Below, in pieces: positions 1 to 13,617 of a DNA stretch of 64,000 bases (position 1 is the first letter of the stretch; the number at the start of each line of letters is the position of its first letter). Position numbers and translations under genes: made by a program. A model generated the notes under the pieces. It was not told the origin of the DNA. It saw nothing but the letters and a program-made list of their open reading frames with translations, and made no database searches. The DNA comes from Thalia democratica (lineage: Eukaryota), in the NCBI GenBank assembly GCA_965202585.1, contig OZ241826.1, positions 35,092,001 through 35,156,000 of the forward strand, written 5' to 3'.

Positions 1-945
1 TTATACAAACTTTGTAAATTTACCATGCCTATATCTAGTTTATATTAAATAGGTAGCTCAAAAAACAGCAATTGTGTGTATTGGTATGCGAGGCATAAAA
101 ATTAACTTAGCTTGAAAAAAACAATGTTTGAAAAATGGGATGTATACCTAACAAAAACTATATTAACTTATGTCATATATATTGTTTTAAATATGTCTGT
201 ACAAATTTAGACATGACATGTATAAATATCAATATTAGAAAAGTATGCATAAACTAAACTTAAACTAACTAAAGTATTAAATAAAAAGTGGTTTAAAATA
301 TGAGCATTTTTTTAAGTTGGTGTGCATAGAAAACTTATAAAAAATTAAAATCAAATGAACCTTATTTCTTATTACTATGTTATTTTAAATGTATTCACAT
401 TAAAATATAACATTTACAAATAAAAAACTTTTAAAAGAAACTGAGGTATAAAAATATTGAAAAAGAATATCTAAGCTATAAAGAAATTACACTTTAGTTA
501 ATTACTGTGCATTACTTTTGTACAAAATGGAAAATATTTGCATTTAGTTTATTTAATAAATAGGTATTATATAACCACTTATTAAATCCAAGCACTCTTG
601 ACACAATTTTTTCAGATAATTACTTGCTGTTGTAAAAAAGAAGTAATTATGAAACTGAGAAACATATCTTGTTAGAACGTTAATCTGTCTTTTTCACATT
701 TTAAACTAAAGCAGTAATTACTTGAAATTATTTTAAAATATTATAGAGAGACTTAAAATTAAACTAATCAAAATAAGTCGAATTACCGAAAAAATTTAAC
801 TAGAAATATAATTTTGCTCAGCGGGCCACATTTACATGCTCGCGGGCCACAAAATTTTCTTTCGCGGGCCGCATTCCATTCAAAAAAATAACATGCTCCT
901 GGGCCGCAGATTTACCCTTCGCAGGCAGCAGTTTGCCGACCCCTG
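1..945. mobile_element. Inverted duplicate of one end of the hAT element at 4478-7697 (truncated by the window edge)
   Basis: Ends in ...gtttgccgacccctg at 945, followed by ATCTAGAG, the reverse complement of the CTCTAGAT target at 4470-4477. GCGGGCC subterminal motifs are present. Confidence 0.85.
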
Positions 946-2119
946 ATCTAGAGTCTACTTAAGTAAAATATTTTTGTTGTCAAGCAACCACTTTTTTTGA
1001 ATTTATATATATAATTTATGAACAACCGTCCCGGGTTACTTCTTAACAATTAGCTTGTCAAAATTTCTAGTCGCTTCTCTGTTCTTTATTCCGCTTAGTG
1101 AATCCTCGTTTATCCAGTCATAATATATTTTCATTATAATTAATTATTGCATGATTAGTCTTTTTCTGAATAGATTTTTTTTTTGTTTACCTATTTTATA
1201 TTTTGCAATACGAGTGATAATACGCACACTAACATTTTTGTTAATGTAAATTACTTTAATGTTTTTCAGCGAGCCAAGCAACTAATTCAGACAAAAAACA
1301 AGAAAAACTAACTTAAACAAATTCTAAAAACAATTTTTATGACAACAAACCACAACGTAAACAATTTAATTCATATCGGTTTTACGTTAAAAAGTAAAAA
1401 AAAGTTAGTTGAATTAATCAAGTCTATGTCCTGACTGAAACCGGTCAAAGTAACGAAGGATCGCATTAGTTAGAACCAGAGAAGTGAGTATGTTTTTATT
1501 TTTTTTCTAAGTTATGCTTGAGTAGTAAGTATTATTATTTTTATTTTTAAGGTTGAAGGCTTGTTACTCTGATAATAAAGTAGTTGACAAGGATACTAAG
1601 TGTTTTATTGATAGTTTAAAAAAATAAGTTAATAACAAATAAGAAAAAAAATAAATTGTAAGGGTTGTAAGCTACTTGTAAGTAAGGTACTTATATCAGT
1701 TTTAAGTTCAGAACTGCAGAAAAAATGTTCTTATAAAACAAAATTTAGCCCACTAGAGCTCTACAACCATAATTAGTTAATAAAAATAAAAACAAACCTT
1801 TATCAAAAAAAAAAATCATTTTATAGTAAGTAGTTTTCACAGCTCTTATACAATTTATAAGAAATTTTTGCTTTACTTAAGTTAACTTCAAAGTTACACT
1901 AGTCTTTAATAGTCTTTATTTGTGAATTGAAGTTTAGCCTTAGTATTTAAAACTCAGCTTAAATATAAAAAAACTAATATAGAAAATTAAAAACTTTGAA
2001 GCTACTTTGAATAAGACAATAAAATATATATGCTAATAACTTAAATAAAACATTAAAATTATGCTTTGGGTATTAAAACAAAATACTTTAAGGTTGTTTA
2101 AAGATAAAGCATAAATAAT

Positions 2120-3303
2120 CAGGGGGCCTGAGTAAACATGAGAAACCGATTTTTTAACAAAAAAATTAAGTACTTTTATAAGATAACTTTAGTATAAGCT
2201 ATTTTTAGGCACATTACTGTGCCTTTTAAAATTTATTTAAAGTGAACAAGAGTTTGGAGAGAACACGTGTGAAATATTTAAATGTAGTTAGTGTATAATT
2301 CAAAAGATGTTATTTTTTTCCGATGTGTAAAAATCTAATGACGTCACTAAAAGAAAACAATGGCTTTTTGACGTCAATAACTTTTTTATGGTCTACTTGC
2401 TTGAGGCCATAATAGCAAGTAAAGATTTTTCATGTTTGTTTTTGTTTATGTTATTTCTTTGAAAAGCAGGTATTTACTTTGTTTTCAACTAAAGACCTAA
2501 AATACATGTTTTGAAAAAACTACAATGTACAGTTTTTAAATTAAAAATAAAAAACTTTTATGAACAATTAAAACAACTATTGACGTCAAAAAGCCATTGT
2601 TTTTTGCTGGAAACCAAATCTGACGAAAAGAAAACTTTTTGACATATTTTTAATCAAATTTCTACAAACTTAGAATAATTTTTGAAATTTTCACCCAATT
2701 AAAGTATGGTACGTGAAAAGTTTACTTTACTTATTCGAATGAAAAGGTATCAAAAGCTTTTCATCACACCAAGCAAAAGTATAATATTTAATAAACTTAG
2801 TTTAGTTATTTAAAAAAACTTTAGTTTGTAAATATGATAGTAAAATTGTTTAAGTTTTTACTTGACGCAGTTAACAGTGTCAATTTGTTTTTATTTTCTT
2901 CAAAAAAGGTTTTGATTGAATAATGTATTTTTCAGTCCAAATAAAAATCAACTTTAAAAACTATACTATTTAATTCTAGTAACAATAATAAAAAATATTT
3001 TTGTAAACAATTTTATAAGTGTTCTACTTAACTGTTAGTTATATGACAAAAGCATTATGCACTCTCGCACTTTTAGTGACGTCATTAGATTTTTACACAT
3101 CGGAAAAAAATAACATCTTTTGAATTATACACTAACTACATTTAAATATTTCACACGTGTTCTCTCCAAACTCTTGTTCACTGTAAATAAATTTTAAAAG
3201 GCACAGTAATGTGCCTAAAAATAGCTTATACTAAAGTTATCTTATAAAAGTACTTAATTTTTTTGTTAAAAAATCGGTTTCCCATGTTTACTCAGGCCCC
3301 CTG
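2120..3303. mobile_element. Possible MITE with long (~230 bp) TIRs at the centre of the inverted duplication
   Basis: Starts cagggggcctgagtaaac and ends gtttactcaggccccctg, and contains four TGACGTCA palindromes. Its ends cannot be separated from the larger inverted repeat, so the boundaries and superfamily are uncertain. Confidence 0.35.
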
Positions 3304-4477
3304 ATTATTTATGCTTTACCTTTAAACAACCTTAAAGTATTTTGTTTTAATACCCAAAGCATAATTTTAATGTTTTATTTAAGTTATTAGCATATATATT
3401 TTATTGTCTTATTCAAAGTAGCTTCAAAGTTTTTAATTTTCTATATTAGTTTTTTTTATAGTTAAGCTGAGTCTTAAATACTAAGGCTAAACTTCAATTC
3501 ACAAATAAAGACTATTAAAGACTAGTGTAACTTTGAAGTTAACTTAGGTAAAGCAAAAATTTCTTATAAATTGTATAAGAGCTGTGAATATTACTTACTA
3601 TAAAATGATTTTTTTTTGATAAAGGTTTGTTTTTATTTTTATTAACTAATTGTGGTTGTAGAGCTCTAGTGGGCTAAATTTTGTTTTATAAGAACATTTT
3701 TTCTGCAGTTCTGAACTTAAAACTGATATAAGTACCTTACTTACAAGTAGCTTACAACCCTTACAATTTATTTTTTTTCTTATTTGTTATTAACTTATTT
3801 TTTTAAACTATCAATAAAACACTTAGTATCCTTGTCAACTACTTTATTATCAGAATAACAAGCCTTCAACCTTAAATAAAAAAATAATAATACTTACTAC
3901 TCAAGCATAACTTAGAAAAAAATAAAAACATACTCACTTATCTGGTTCTAACTAATGCGATCCTTCGTTACTTTGACCGGTTTCAGTCGGGACATAGACT
4001 TGATTAATTCAACTAACTTTTTTTTACTTCTTAACGTAAAACCGGTATGAATTAAATTGTTTACGTTGTGGTTTGTTGTCATAAAAATTGTTTTTAGAAT
4101 TTGTTTAAGTTAGTTTTTCTTGTTTTTTGTCTGAATTAGTTACTTGGCTCGCTGAAAAACATTAAAGTAATTTACATTAAAAAAAATGTTAGTGTGCGTA
4201 TTATCACTCGTATTGCAAAATATAAAATAGGTAAATAAAAAAAAAATCTATTCAGAAAAAGACTAATCAGGCAATAATTAATTATAATGAAAATAAATTA
4301 TGACTGGATAAACGAGGATTCACTAAGCGGAATAAAGAACAGAGAAGCGACTAGAAATTTTGACAAGCTAATTGTTAAGAAGTAACCCGGGACGGTTGTT
4401 CATAAATTATATATATGAATTCAAAAAAAAAGTGGTTGCTTGACAACTAAAATATTTTACTTTTGTAGACTCTAGAT

Positions 4478-7400
4478 CAGGGGTCGGCAAACTGCGGCCC
4501 GCGGGCCAATTGCTGCCCGCGAAGGGTAAATCTGCGGCCCAGGAGCATGTTATTTTTTTGAATGGAATGCGGCTCGCGAAAGAAAATTTTGTGGCCCGCG
4601 AGCATGTAAATGTGGCCCGCTGAGCAAAATTATATTTCTAGTTAAATTTTTTCGGTAATTCGACTTATTTTGATTAGTTTAATTTTAAGTCTCTCTATAA
4701 TATTTTAAAATAATTTCAAGTAATTAGTAATTACTGCTTTAGTTTAAAAATGTGAAAAAGACAGATTAACGTTCTAACAAGATATGTTTCTCAGTTTCAT
4801 AATTACTTCTTTTTTACAACAGCAAGTAATTATTTGAAAAAATTGTGTCAAGAGTGCTTGGATTTAATAAGTGGTTATATAATACCTATTTATTAAATAA
4901 ACTAAATGCAAATATTTTCCATTTTGTACAAAAGTAATGCACAGTAATTAACTAAAGTGTAATTTCTTTATAGCTTAGATATTCTTTTTCAATATTTTTA
5001 TACCTCAGTTTCTTTTAAAAGTTTTTTATTTGTAAATGTTATATTTTAATGTGAATACATTTAAATTAACATAGTAATAAGAAATAAGGTTCATTTGATT
5101 TTAATTTTTTATAAGTTTTCTATGCACACCAACTTAAAAAAATGCTCATATTTTAAACCACTTTTTATTTAATACTTTAGTTAGTTTAAGTTTAGTTTAT
5201 GCATACTTTTCTAATATTGATATTTATACATGTCATGTCTAAATTTGTACAGACATATTTAAAACAATATATATGACATAAGTTAATATAGTTTTTGTTA
5301 GGTATACATCCCATTTTTCAAACATTGTTTTTTTCAAGCTAAGTTAATTTTTATGCCTCGCATACCAATACACACAATTGCTGTTTTTTTGAGCTACCTA
5401 TTTAATATAAACTAGATATAGGCATGGTAAATTTACAAAGTTTGTATAATGTTAATCAAAATAGTTCAAATTCAAGCAAATAAACAACTAAACATTGCCA
5501 CACACTCAGACTATCACTATTTGAAGACTTATAATCTCAGGCCAACTAAGCCATTTTTGAAGTCTTTGGCTAGAATTGCTTTTTGTATACAAAAATATCA
5601 GGAATGTTTTTCTTGACTCAGGCTGGCTTTTTTGCTTGAAAGAGTGGCAAACTAAACTTATGATGTATGTTTTACTCAATCCACAGTGTTAGTTTGAGTT
5701 TTAATATATGTTAAACTTTAAGTCTTGCAGCTGATATTATTCAAAATATTATATTTATTATTGTGTACATTAAAGAATGAACAATCAGTGTTGCCAAAAA
5801 AGTTGAACCCCGGAAAAATTTGTGAATTTACGGTTAAAAATTCTAGAAAAAATTTGAATTTGAGAATTTTTGAAAAAACCTTGAATTTCAAACAATTTTT
5901 ACATTTTAAGTAATGAAATTTCGATTTGACTCAAAAAAAATACCAAATAAATTTTTTTTATCAAAAAACATATTATAGTAGCTTAACAGTATTTTTAATA
6001 TTTATAAATGTTTTAAGACATTTTTTTAATTTTTATAATAAAAATAAAAGAAGGAATTGTACTTCCAAAAACTCCGTATTGGTACATTGCACCTTTACTT
6101 GAAAAATTTCACCGATTGTTGTGCTTCGCGTTGGAACTAAACCAAGAAATTCTACTAAAATGTCAAAGCTAGTAAAAACATCTCTAATAAAAATTCTCAG
6201 ATGAGCAATAGTTTCTTTATCAGTGCTCTCATGTTAACAGTTTGATTAAAGTCCTAATTTGATTTATGCGACTTTATAACTTTAATTCATTTCCTAAACA
6301 CGACTTCATGTTGTCATTAATGAAATAAACAAAAGTTTTTCATTACCGCCAACATCAATTTTTTATAAAAGTTTTCAATTATGAACGATTATTTTAGGTA
6401 ATAAATTTTGCTACTTTATTACTTGCCTTAACAACTTTTTGTGATTATTCTGTAGTTACTGAAGATAATAATGTGCTTTGTCGGAAATGACTTTGGTAAT
6501 TTTTTTTTATTGTTTCTTGCAATAACTCCTAACTAACGTTTTTTTATTCTTGTAGCTCGTCTTATATTTTACAATTAATATTTTTAAATGCAATATTCTT
6601 ATTGCAAATAAATAATTACTATCATGCTTAATAAAATAAATTTCTACTTCGCTAATGGCTCAATAAAATTTTATACTTTTGTTAAACTTGTCTAAGAAAC
6701 TCAATTGTCCATTCCAGCTGACTTATATATTTTTTGCATATAATTTATTTACTGTTAATAACCTTTATTATTTCTTTATGTAGTGAACTTTATATTAACT
6801 GAATTGCTACACAAACAGGCTATTTTAAAAGCTTGAAAACTCAGGTGTGTGTGAAGCTTTTATTTCAAACACTTTAAAGAAGTCTTCCAATTCTCAGAAT
6901 AGTTTTTATGACTGTTGTGTAGATTACTAATTGCATTTTTTTCTTGTTTTCTTACACTTTGTTTACTTTTTGATAATGGTGATATTTTAACTAGGTATTT
7001 AAGCTTGATTAACAACTATTTATAAGCTTTTTCAAATTTTAATAATTTTAAGCTGGTTTGATACATCTCAGACATTTTTGCTTTTTAGTGGCGACAATGT
7101 AAAAGCCTAATTACTAGTAAAACATTTTATTAAAGTATTTGAGAATTTATTATGTTAAATCATTTGTTTTAGCTTTCTGGAATACAAACAGGTATTAATT
7201 TTATTATGTTAAATAATTACTAAATTTCTTAATGAGTGTAAATTATTTAACTCGCAAAAACTTTTTGAAGTAAATATTCTTGGAAATCTAAAAAAGTGTT
7301 GATGATATAACAAATGTATAAAAGTAACCCATAAATTGTCTTTCAAGTTAGGTTTTTATAGAGAGTTAGGTTGTAAATAAAATTAAAAAAGTATTAGCTT

Positions 7401-7697
7401 CAACTTATTAAGTGCTTTTGAAAGTACATATTTTATTAACAATATAAGTACATATTTATTAAAGTATATTAGTCAATGTAAATCATAATCTAATGAATAT
7501 TAATTTGAATAGGCATTCTATGTATAGCTAAAAGTCATTTTAAATAATAAGGTGAATAAAAGTAAAACTTTTCTCTAGTGTGACTAAAACTAAAACCATA
7601 AGATTATTCAAATGTGACTAAAACTAAAACTGCGGCCAGCGAAGATTTTTGAAACTTGAAATTTGGCCCGCGACCACCAACTGCCTGCCGACCCCTG
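4478..7697 (-). mobile_element. Decayed hAT DNA transposon (Charlie/Buster type), 3.2 kb
   Basis: 12-bp TIR CAGGGGTCGGCA at both ends; identical 8-bp TSD CTCTAGAT at 4470-4477 and 7698-7705 (Charlie-type nTCTAGAn target); internal transposase remnant on the minus strand. Confidence 0.9.
6050..6640 (-). pseudogene. hAT transposase remnant (EPM2AIP1/GTF2IRD2-like)
   Basis: Stop-riddled minus-strand frames read SQKVVKASNKVAKFI and HESTDKETIAHLRIFIRDVFTSFDILVEFLGLVPTRSTTIGEIF. The latter matches the DESTD..AQL.IFIR..EELLGLVP..TTG catalytic region of Buster/Charlie transposases. Confidence 0.75.
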
Positions 7698-8089
7698 CTC
7701 TAGATATTCTGCTAGTTTTGTCAACTAATCTGCGTTTTAAAGATAAAAGACATTATATAAACGCTTAAAATGATTTCAACTCTTTACTTTATTTTTCAAA
7801 TCGGCAACTCGTCGTAGAGAGCTTCAGAAAACATTTGTTTACATCTCTACTTTTAGTTTTAAAGTAAATTATTTCTTTAAACTCTAAAAAACAGCATTTC
7901 ATCGGCACGTTAATAATAAAATATTTCACTAATTCGACATAAGTAAAAATAAAACCTTTTATAAATTATCTATATAAATTATTCTTAAGCTGTTTTTAAC
8001 TATTTACAAACTATTTACTGAAGATGTTTAGTAACAACCACTAAATAAAAGTCTATTTATGTGATTTTGTTTAAAATAGGTTACGTTTA

Positions 8090-8620
8090 TTTTATAACTA
8101 GTTTTCAAATCATATTTTTTTATTTCAGTAAGTTATAACTAGTTTTTGTTGCACGTAAAATTTATTTAAGAAAATTAGAATTGTTTTTATAATACAAGTT
8201 TTTTATTTAAGTAAATACAAGTTTTTTATTTAAGTAAACAACAGCCGATTTTTATATCACGTAAATTTTAATACGGAAATCGTAACTGATTTTTATATAA
8301 CATAGATTTTGTTTAAAGAAATTAGAATTAATTTAATCTTATATCAGAAATTTTTGTTTTAAAAAGGTGTAACTATGTTTTTCATTACGTTCGTTTTATT
8401 TAACGAAATTGTTATTGGTTTTTATGTCTTGTACTTTTATTTATGCAATAAATAACTGATTTTTAAAACAGGTTATTTAAAAAAATAGTCTTTATATCAC
8501 GTTCTTTTTGTAACTAGTAATTATAACTAGTTATTTCAACAAGTTTTTTATAACTGATTTTATATCTCAATTTATTTAGTTACTGTTTTACTTGAAGATT
8601 TAACACGTAATAACTAATAA
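8090..8620. repeat. Degenerate AT-rich minisatellite-like region
   Basis: Recurrent TAACTAGTT, TAACTGATTTT and TTTATATCACGT motifs; a ~24-mer aatacaagttttttatttaagtaa occurs twice in tandem at about 8191-8240. Confidence 0.45.
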
Positions 8621-10547
8621 TTGTTAACATTCTAAAATATATATCTTAAACAACCTAAAAAGTTTTTTGTGTAGTTAAAATAAGTGTAAATAATGGTTCT
8701 ATTTTGTTTAAAAATTTCAATAGACTAATTTGCTTTTGTAGTATATGATCGAAAATAATTGTAACTGGAGAATTATGAGTTAAATATTTTCTAAGACAAC
8801 AAACATATTCTAAAGCTGAGCTAGTTTTCTTTAACTTGATATAAAATGAAATTTCTTAAAAGAAAACATTGAAAATAGCTGTCTCAAATCATATTTTTAT
8901 GAGATTTTTAATTACTTATTCAAACTTATTGTGTTATATACCGTAATTAGAGTAGACAGCCAGGCGCTTGTATTGCCCAGCTTTTTAGTTCTCTGTCTGC
9001 CGGTCCTGCGCCTTAAGTACGAGTCTAGATGGCTGCTCCTTATGGGGACGACTACGCAAGCATTAAAGAATGCGATCCGCACTCTTGTCAGTCTGATGTG
9101 CATTGGATTATAAACCTTGTAAGGATTAGTCTTCTTTATATATGGAGATGTATTTCCATCGGAACGTGAGCTTGGTACGGAGGACTGGCAGCCAAAATCA
9201 AATCTGCTGGCTGTTCAGCGCAATTTTTTTGTATTTTGAATAGTTTTTCCCAATTATGTCTTCAATTTTTTTTTTAAACAGTAAATGTATTTAAAAATTA
9301 AGCAAGATTTCATAAAACTTTTATTTTTCAATTAACCTTTGTGGTTTTTAGCAAAGAGCTTTAATGCTAAAATATTTATATACAAAGAACCAAATACGTT
9401 AAAAAAAAAATAATTAAAAAACCATTTACAGTTTTTAATTTTTTCTTGGCCGCATTAAATTAGATTTTTATGATTTATGATTATTTGAAATGTAATCTTT
9501 TTTTTTTGTTAAGTTAACATATATTTACCAAATAAAACGTAATTATCATTATGCACATTAAAAAATTTAGTTTTTATAGAAAATATATAAGTGTAACATT
9601 TTGAAAATAGAATCTGTTAATTAAATCGCCTTTGTTTGTAAATAAAAAAAAATAAAGTAAACAGTCGTATCGATTTAAAGTAAAACATCTCTCAGGCTGA
9701 AATTTTCTTAATAGATCGTCATTTGCTGACCCCTATTAAAGTTAAGAGAGTTTAAGCTTCATTTTACTTTTTTACAAAACTATGCATAATAAAACACTCA
9801 AAAACAGATTCTTTGGAGATGTATAAAAGTTTGGAAAAAATTAAAACCCGAGAATAGCATTTAATAATCATGCAAAATAAAAAAAAAACGAAATTTCTGT
9901 AAATTTATAAACTTTTTTGAACTGTTAAGTGTACATTTTAAAAATACTTCGCGGCTTAATCAAAAACAAAAAAGCTTTCAATAAAAAACTAACAAGCTAG
10001 AAATATTTTGTTAATTTATTTTATGTAAGCCTACACTCTGGAAAACTCTGATTTTGTACAACATTAAGTTATACTAAAATACTTAAAAGTAGTTATTTAT
10101 TTTGCCAAAGTTTTTTTATGATAACTATGCTATTCCTTAAGCAGTTAGTTTTTTTATAATTAGGTCATAAAATGGTAAAATTTTTGTGTATTTATTTTTA
10201 CAGATATAACGTTGTAACGTATATTTCTCATTTAAAAATTAATGTAATTATATTATCAACAGATGCAACAATGTACATCAAAGGTATCGAGGAAGGATAA
10301 GGTGAAGCTTGAGAAAAAGATATCCTCTATCAGTAGGTATCACATGATAAGTAGTTGTGTATTCTGTTGTGACAACTGTTTATTTCAATTTAGCTTTGTT
10401 TGACATAAGTTTGAACATAACACCAAAAACTATTAAACTTTGGTAAGTGTTATGTGTTGATTATGTATCTCCTCATTAATAAATAAAACAATCCTTTTCA
10501 ATTTATTTTAAATAAACTTTTTACCTAATTAAATAACAAGTAATAAT

Positions 10548-10552
<5 letters not shown>

Positions 10553-10591
<39 letters not shown>
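10553..10591 (+). repeat. Poly(A) tract, 39 nt
   Basis: Pure A run with AGTAAA at both boundaries (possible TSD of a retro-insertion reduced to its tail). Confidence 0.9.
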
Positions 10592-10596
<5 letters not shown>

Positions 10597-11914
10597 GATT
10601 TTTATCAATATTACTAAAAGCCATGTTCAGTTTTAGTATCTAAATCAAAGTCTAATTGTATAGTTTTATTTCTAATTTGTTCTAAATCAGTTACAAATTA
10701 GGATGTTGTGTAATTTATCGGTGTATGTAGAACTAGCGTAACCATTAGCATAGTTTGTTAATAATGTTGGTAAAATAAAAGTTGCACACATTCCTAAATA
10801 CAGTAAATACTTATCAGTAGATGTCAGCCTTTTATAAAAAATGTGCACCTTAATAAACAGTGTTTGCTCAAAAATGAATTTAATTTTTTTTATAAAAACC
10901 TGCAACAATGTCCTCTACATTGAAGGTATTGAGAAAGGAGAAGCCGAATCTTAGGAAAAAGATTTATTCTATTAGTGGACACCACATGCTAAAACTGTGT
11001 ATAACTGAAAGTTCAAATGTTTTGCATGTTATTGGTTAAATTTTGATTTATTTGCTGCATGATCCCTTTAAAAAAGATCTTGTTTTGTTTTTTCAAAATT
11101 CGTTATACAGTTTGTGAAAAAAGCATTCCTAAAATGCCTGTATGTTTAATGTTTTTAAAAGTTAAAATATATGGACATTTCTGTTTACATTTTGGTTTTT
11201 TTTAACTGATTGTCACTAATAAAATATTCGTGATGTACATTAAAAATTTTCAGTATATATGTAAATCAAAAAGTTAAATTATCATTTAGTTATTTTAAAC
11301 ATACCACTATATTTTTAACAAGATCCTTATGTTAATTTTTACATATTAACTTAACAAAAATTTCTAAACAACGTGATCTATTAATTTATAAAATTAACAA
11401 AAAAGCAAAAACATGTATGTAGTCAAAGAAATAAGCTTTTTAAAAGCATAAATTTTGAAGAAGCAGTACTTAAATTATTATAAGTTTAGGATCAGCAGTA
11501 ATTTTTTGGAAAATGCAATAAAAAAATATCCAAAAATGTATTACTTGATAATTAACCTATGCATTTTATTAATGTAAACACAAAAAAGGTCTTGTTTTTT
11601 TTCAAAATACTCTTTGAAGTTTGTACCTAAGGATACATGATTAGTATAAGAAAATGCCTAATTGACTCCAAAGTTATTAAAGTTCAAATAAGATAATTTA
11701 TACTAAAATATAACATATGTTTTTTGAATGATTTATAATAGCTGGATTCAGATAACTTGACAGGGTGTAAGCTGTGTTTGGTAGGTATTTCATGTATATT
11801 ATTGGAGTTTTTTTCTATTTTGTTCTCACTTTAAAAGCGTGAAACTCTGATTTTTGTGAGAATAGGTTGTTTATTACCTTTTTAGCGAGTAACCATTTAA
11901 AATGTCTCTGCAAA

Positions 11915-12361
11915 TAGTCAGTGGGCAAGATTTTTAGTCAGGGACACAAATTTACTAAAAAAAAACTTTTATGGCCCGGAATTTTAAAAAGACCTAGCGG
12001 CCGCTGTGTTGTTTTACCAAGTAGTTATGAAATAAACATTCAATAAGCACTAGTGTGTAAAGTCAAAATTGAAAAAAAAAACACTTAATCTTTTATTTCT
12101 TCTTCATTATCAAATCCAAAATATCTAATGTAAATATCAAACTATGACCTATTGGCCTCCCTGTGGCCCCTTTACTGCTCATGGCACCCAAATGGGCCAC
12201 TTGACCTCTTTTTGGGAAATCCTAATTTAAACTAAAAGAACTTTTATAATAAGTTTAACAAAAAAGTTACTTCTAGTTGTTTTGCATATGATGTTTGCAA
12301 GCTAAAGAAACTACACTGGCTAAATAATTTTGTTTGGCATTCGGTATGTTGCCCACCCCTG
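11915..12361. mobile_element. Decayed Charlie-type hAT MITE containing a nested fragment (about 12040-12224) of the CAGGGTTTCCCAAA MITE family
   Basis: Right end gttgcccacccctg (12348-12361); degenerate left end tagtcagtgggcaag; the nested piece ends tttgggaaatccta. No clear TSD. Confidence 0.45.
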
Positions 12362-13353
12362 CTTTAAAATTTTGCACAATTAGTAAGTTTAACATATTTT
12401 AGATGTTAAAAGCGTTCATTGTTGAACTAAAGTTTTTAATATCAAGTTTGCTAGTAATCAATAGTAGCCCTTAAGGATTTCAATATTTGATAAAAACTAT
12501 GGTACAACTAGAAAAGTTAAATGTTTTTTTTCTTAACTTTTTAAAGCAATTGCATCAATTATCTTTCAAATTCCTTTAAAGTTTTTAGTTTAAAAGGTTG
12601 GTTTTCCTCAAAAATTTTATCTTGTAATTGTATTTAGACTTCTTAAAAACTTACTTTTATATCATTAACTTTCATTTTTTAAGATTTCTCACTCACTTCT
12701 GGCTTAATAAAAAAAAAGTTGATACAACAAGTGCTGATGAGAAAATAAAACTTTTCACAACTAGACTTTTTGCAACAGTTCTAGTCAAACTTTAATGTTT
12801 TATAGAATTGACTTGATTTCATAGTTTATTGCAATATCCTTTGGTTTTATATTATAGTATGTTAGTACCTTCAAACATTAAAAAATAAAGAATTGCATAT
12901 ATCAGTGTTCAACACTACTGCAACTATTTATTTATTTTAAAATACTTGAAATGAAGAACAAACTATAACTTACTTAAGATAGATAATTTTATTTATGAAT
13001 ATAAAAGTTTATCTAATGTCTACCTTTTAAAGATCTGCTAAAGGTAAGTTACATTTTTATTTTATGAAACTAATATACTTTTATAATTCAACTTTCTTTC
13101 TTATACTTAACAACAAAATTTTAACAGTTAGCTTACAATGCTTTTTAACGAACTTATTTTTGCTTCAAAAACACAGGTATGTTTAAAAACAAATTATGAA
13201 AACTGTTAGCTAAGTATAATTTTAAAACTTTTACCTAGATTAAATTGAAACATGCTATTAAGCTTGTTACAATGTTGTAAAGTTTTGAATTTAAAATTAT
13301 AGTTTTGATCGAAATTTCTTAAGCTTTGCACCTGTGCATTATAGTGTGAACAG

Positions 13354-13617
13354 CAGGGTCTCCCAAAGTGCGCCAAAATAGAAATTTAGGGGGTAATGAG
13401 CAGCAAAGGGGTAAAAGAGGGGCCATGAGCAGTAAAGGGGCCACAGGGGTCATTGGTCCTTGAAACTTACACTAGATATTCTGGAGTTGATGATTAATAG
13501 CAAAAAAAAGGTTGTAGGTGTTTCTATTAGTAGTTTTGTAAGTAATCTTGTTTTTGAGAGGTTCATAGTTTCCTTATTTCTTTAATGAAGCTATTTGAAA
13601 AAAATTGGAAAACTCTG
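13354..13617 (+). mobile_element. hAT-type MITE (CAGGGTTTCCCAAA family)
   Basis: Left TIR cagggtctcccaaag and decayed right end ttggaaaactctg. Internal gaaacttacactagatattctggagttg and ggggccatgagcag are shared with 23551-23833. Confidence 0.65.

Larger units (their letters stand above)
1..5449. repeat. Giant inverted duplication: arms 1-2353 and 3070-5449, 716-bp spacer; may continue left of the window
   Basis: Base 1 onward (ttatacaaactttgtaaatttaccatg) is the reverse complement of sequence ending at 5449. The match runs inward to ctaatgacgtcactaaaag (ends 2353) versus cttttagtgacgtcattag (starts 3070). Scattered substitutions and small indels separate the arms, e.g. about 18 bp missing near 928 relative to 4495-4512. 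Confidence 0.95.

Noticed and set aside
9722-9735. Isolated hAT right end (tttgctgaccccta)
   Set aside because: No partner TIR or TSD found, so an element cannot be delimited.
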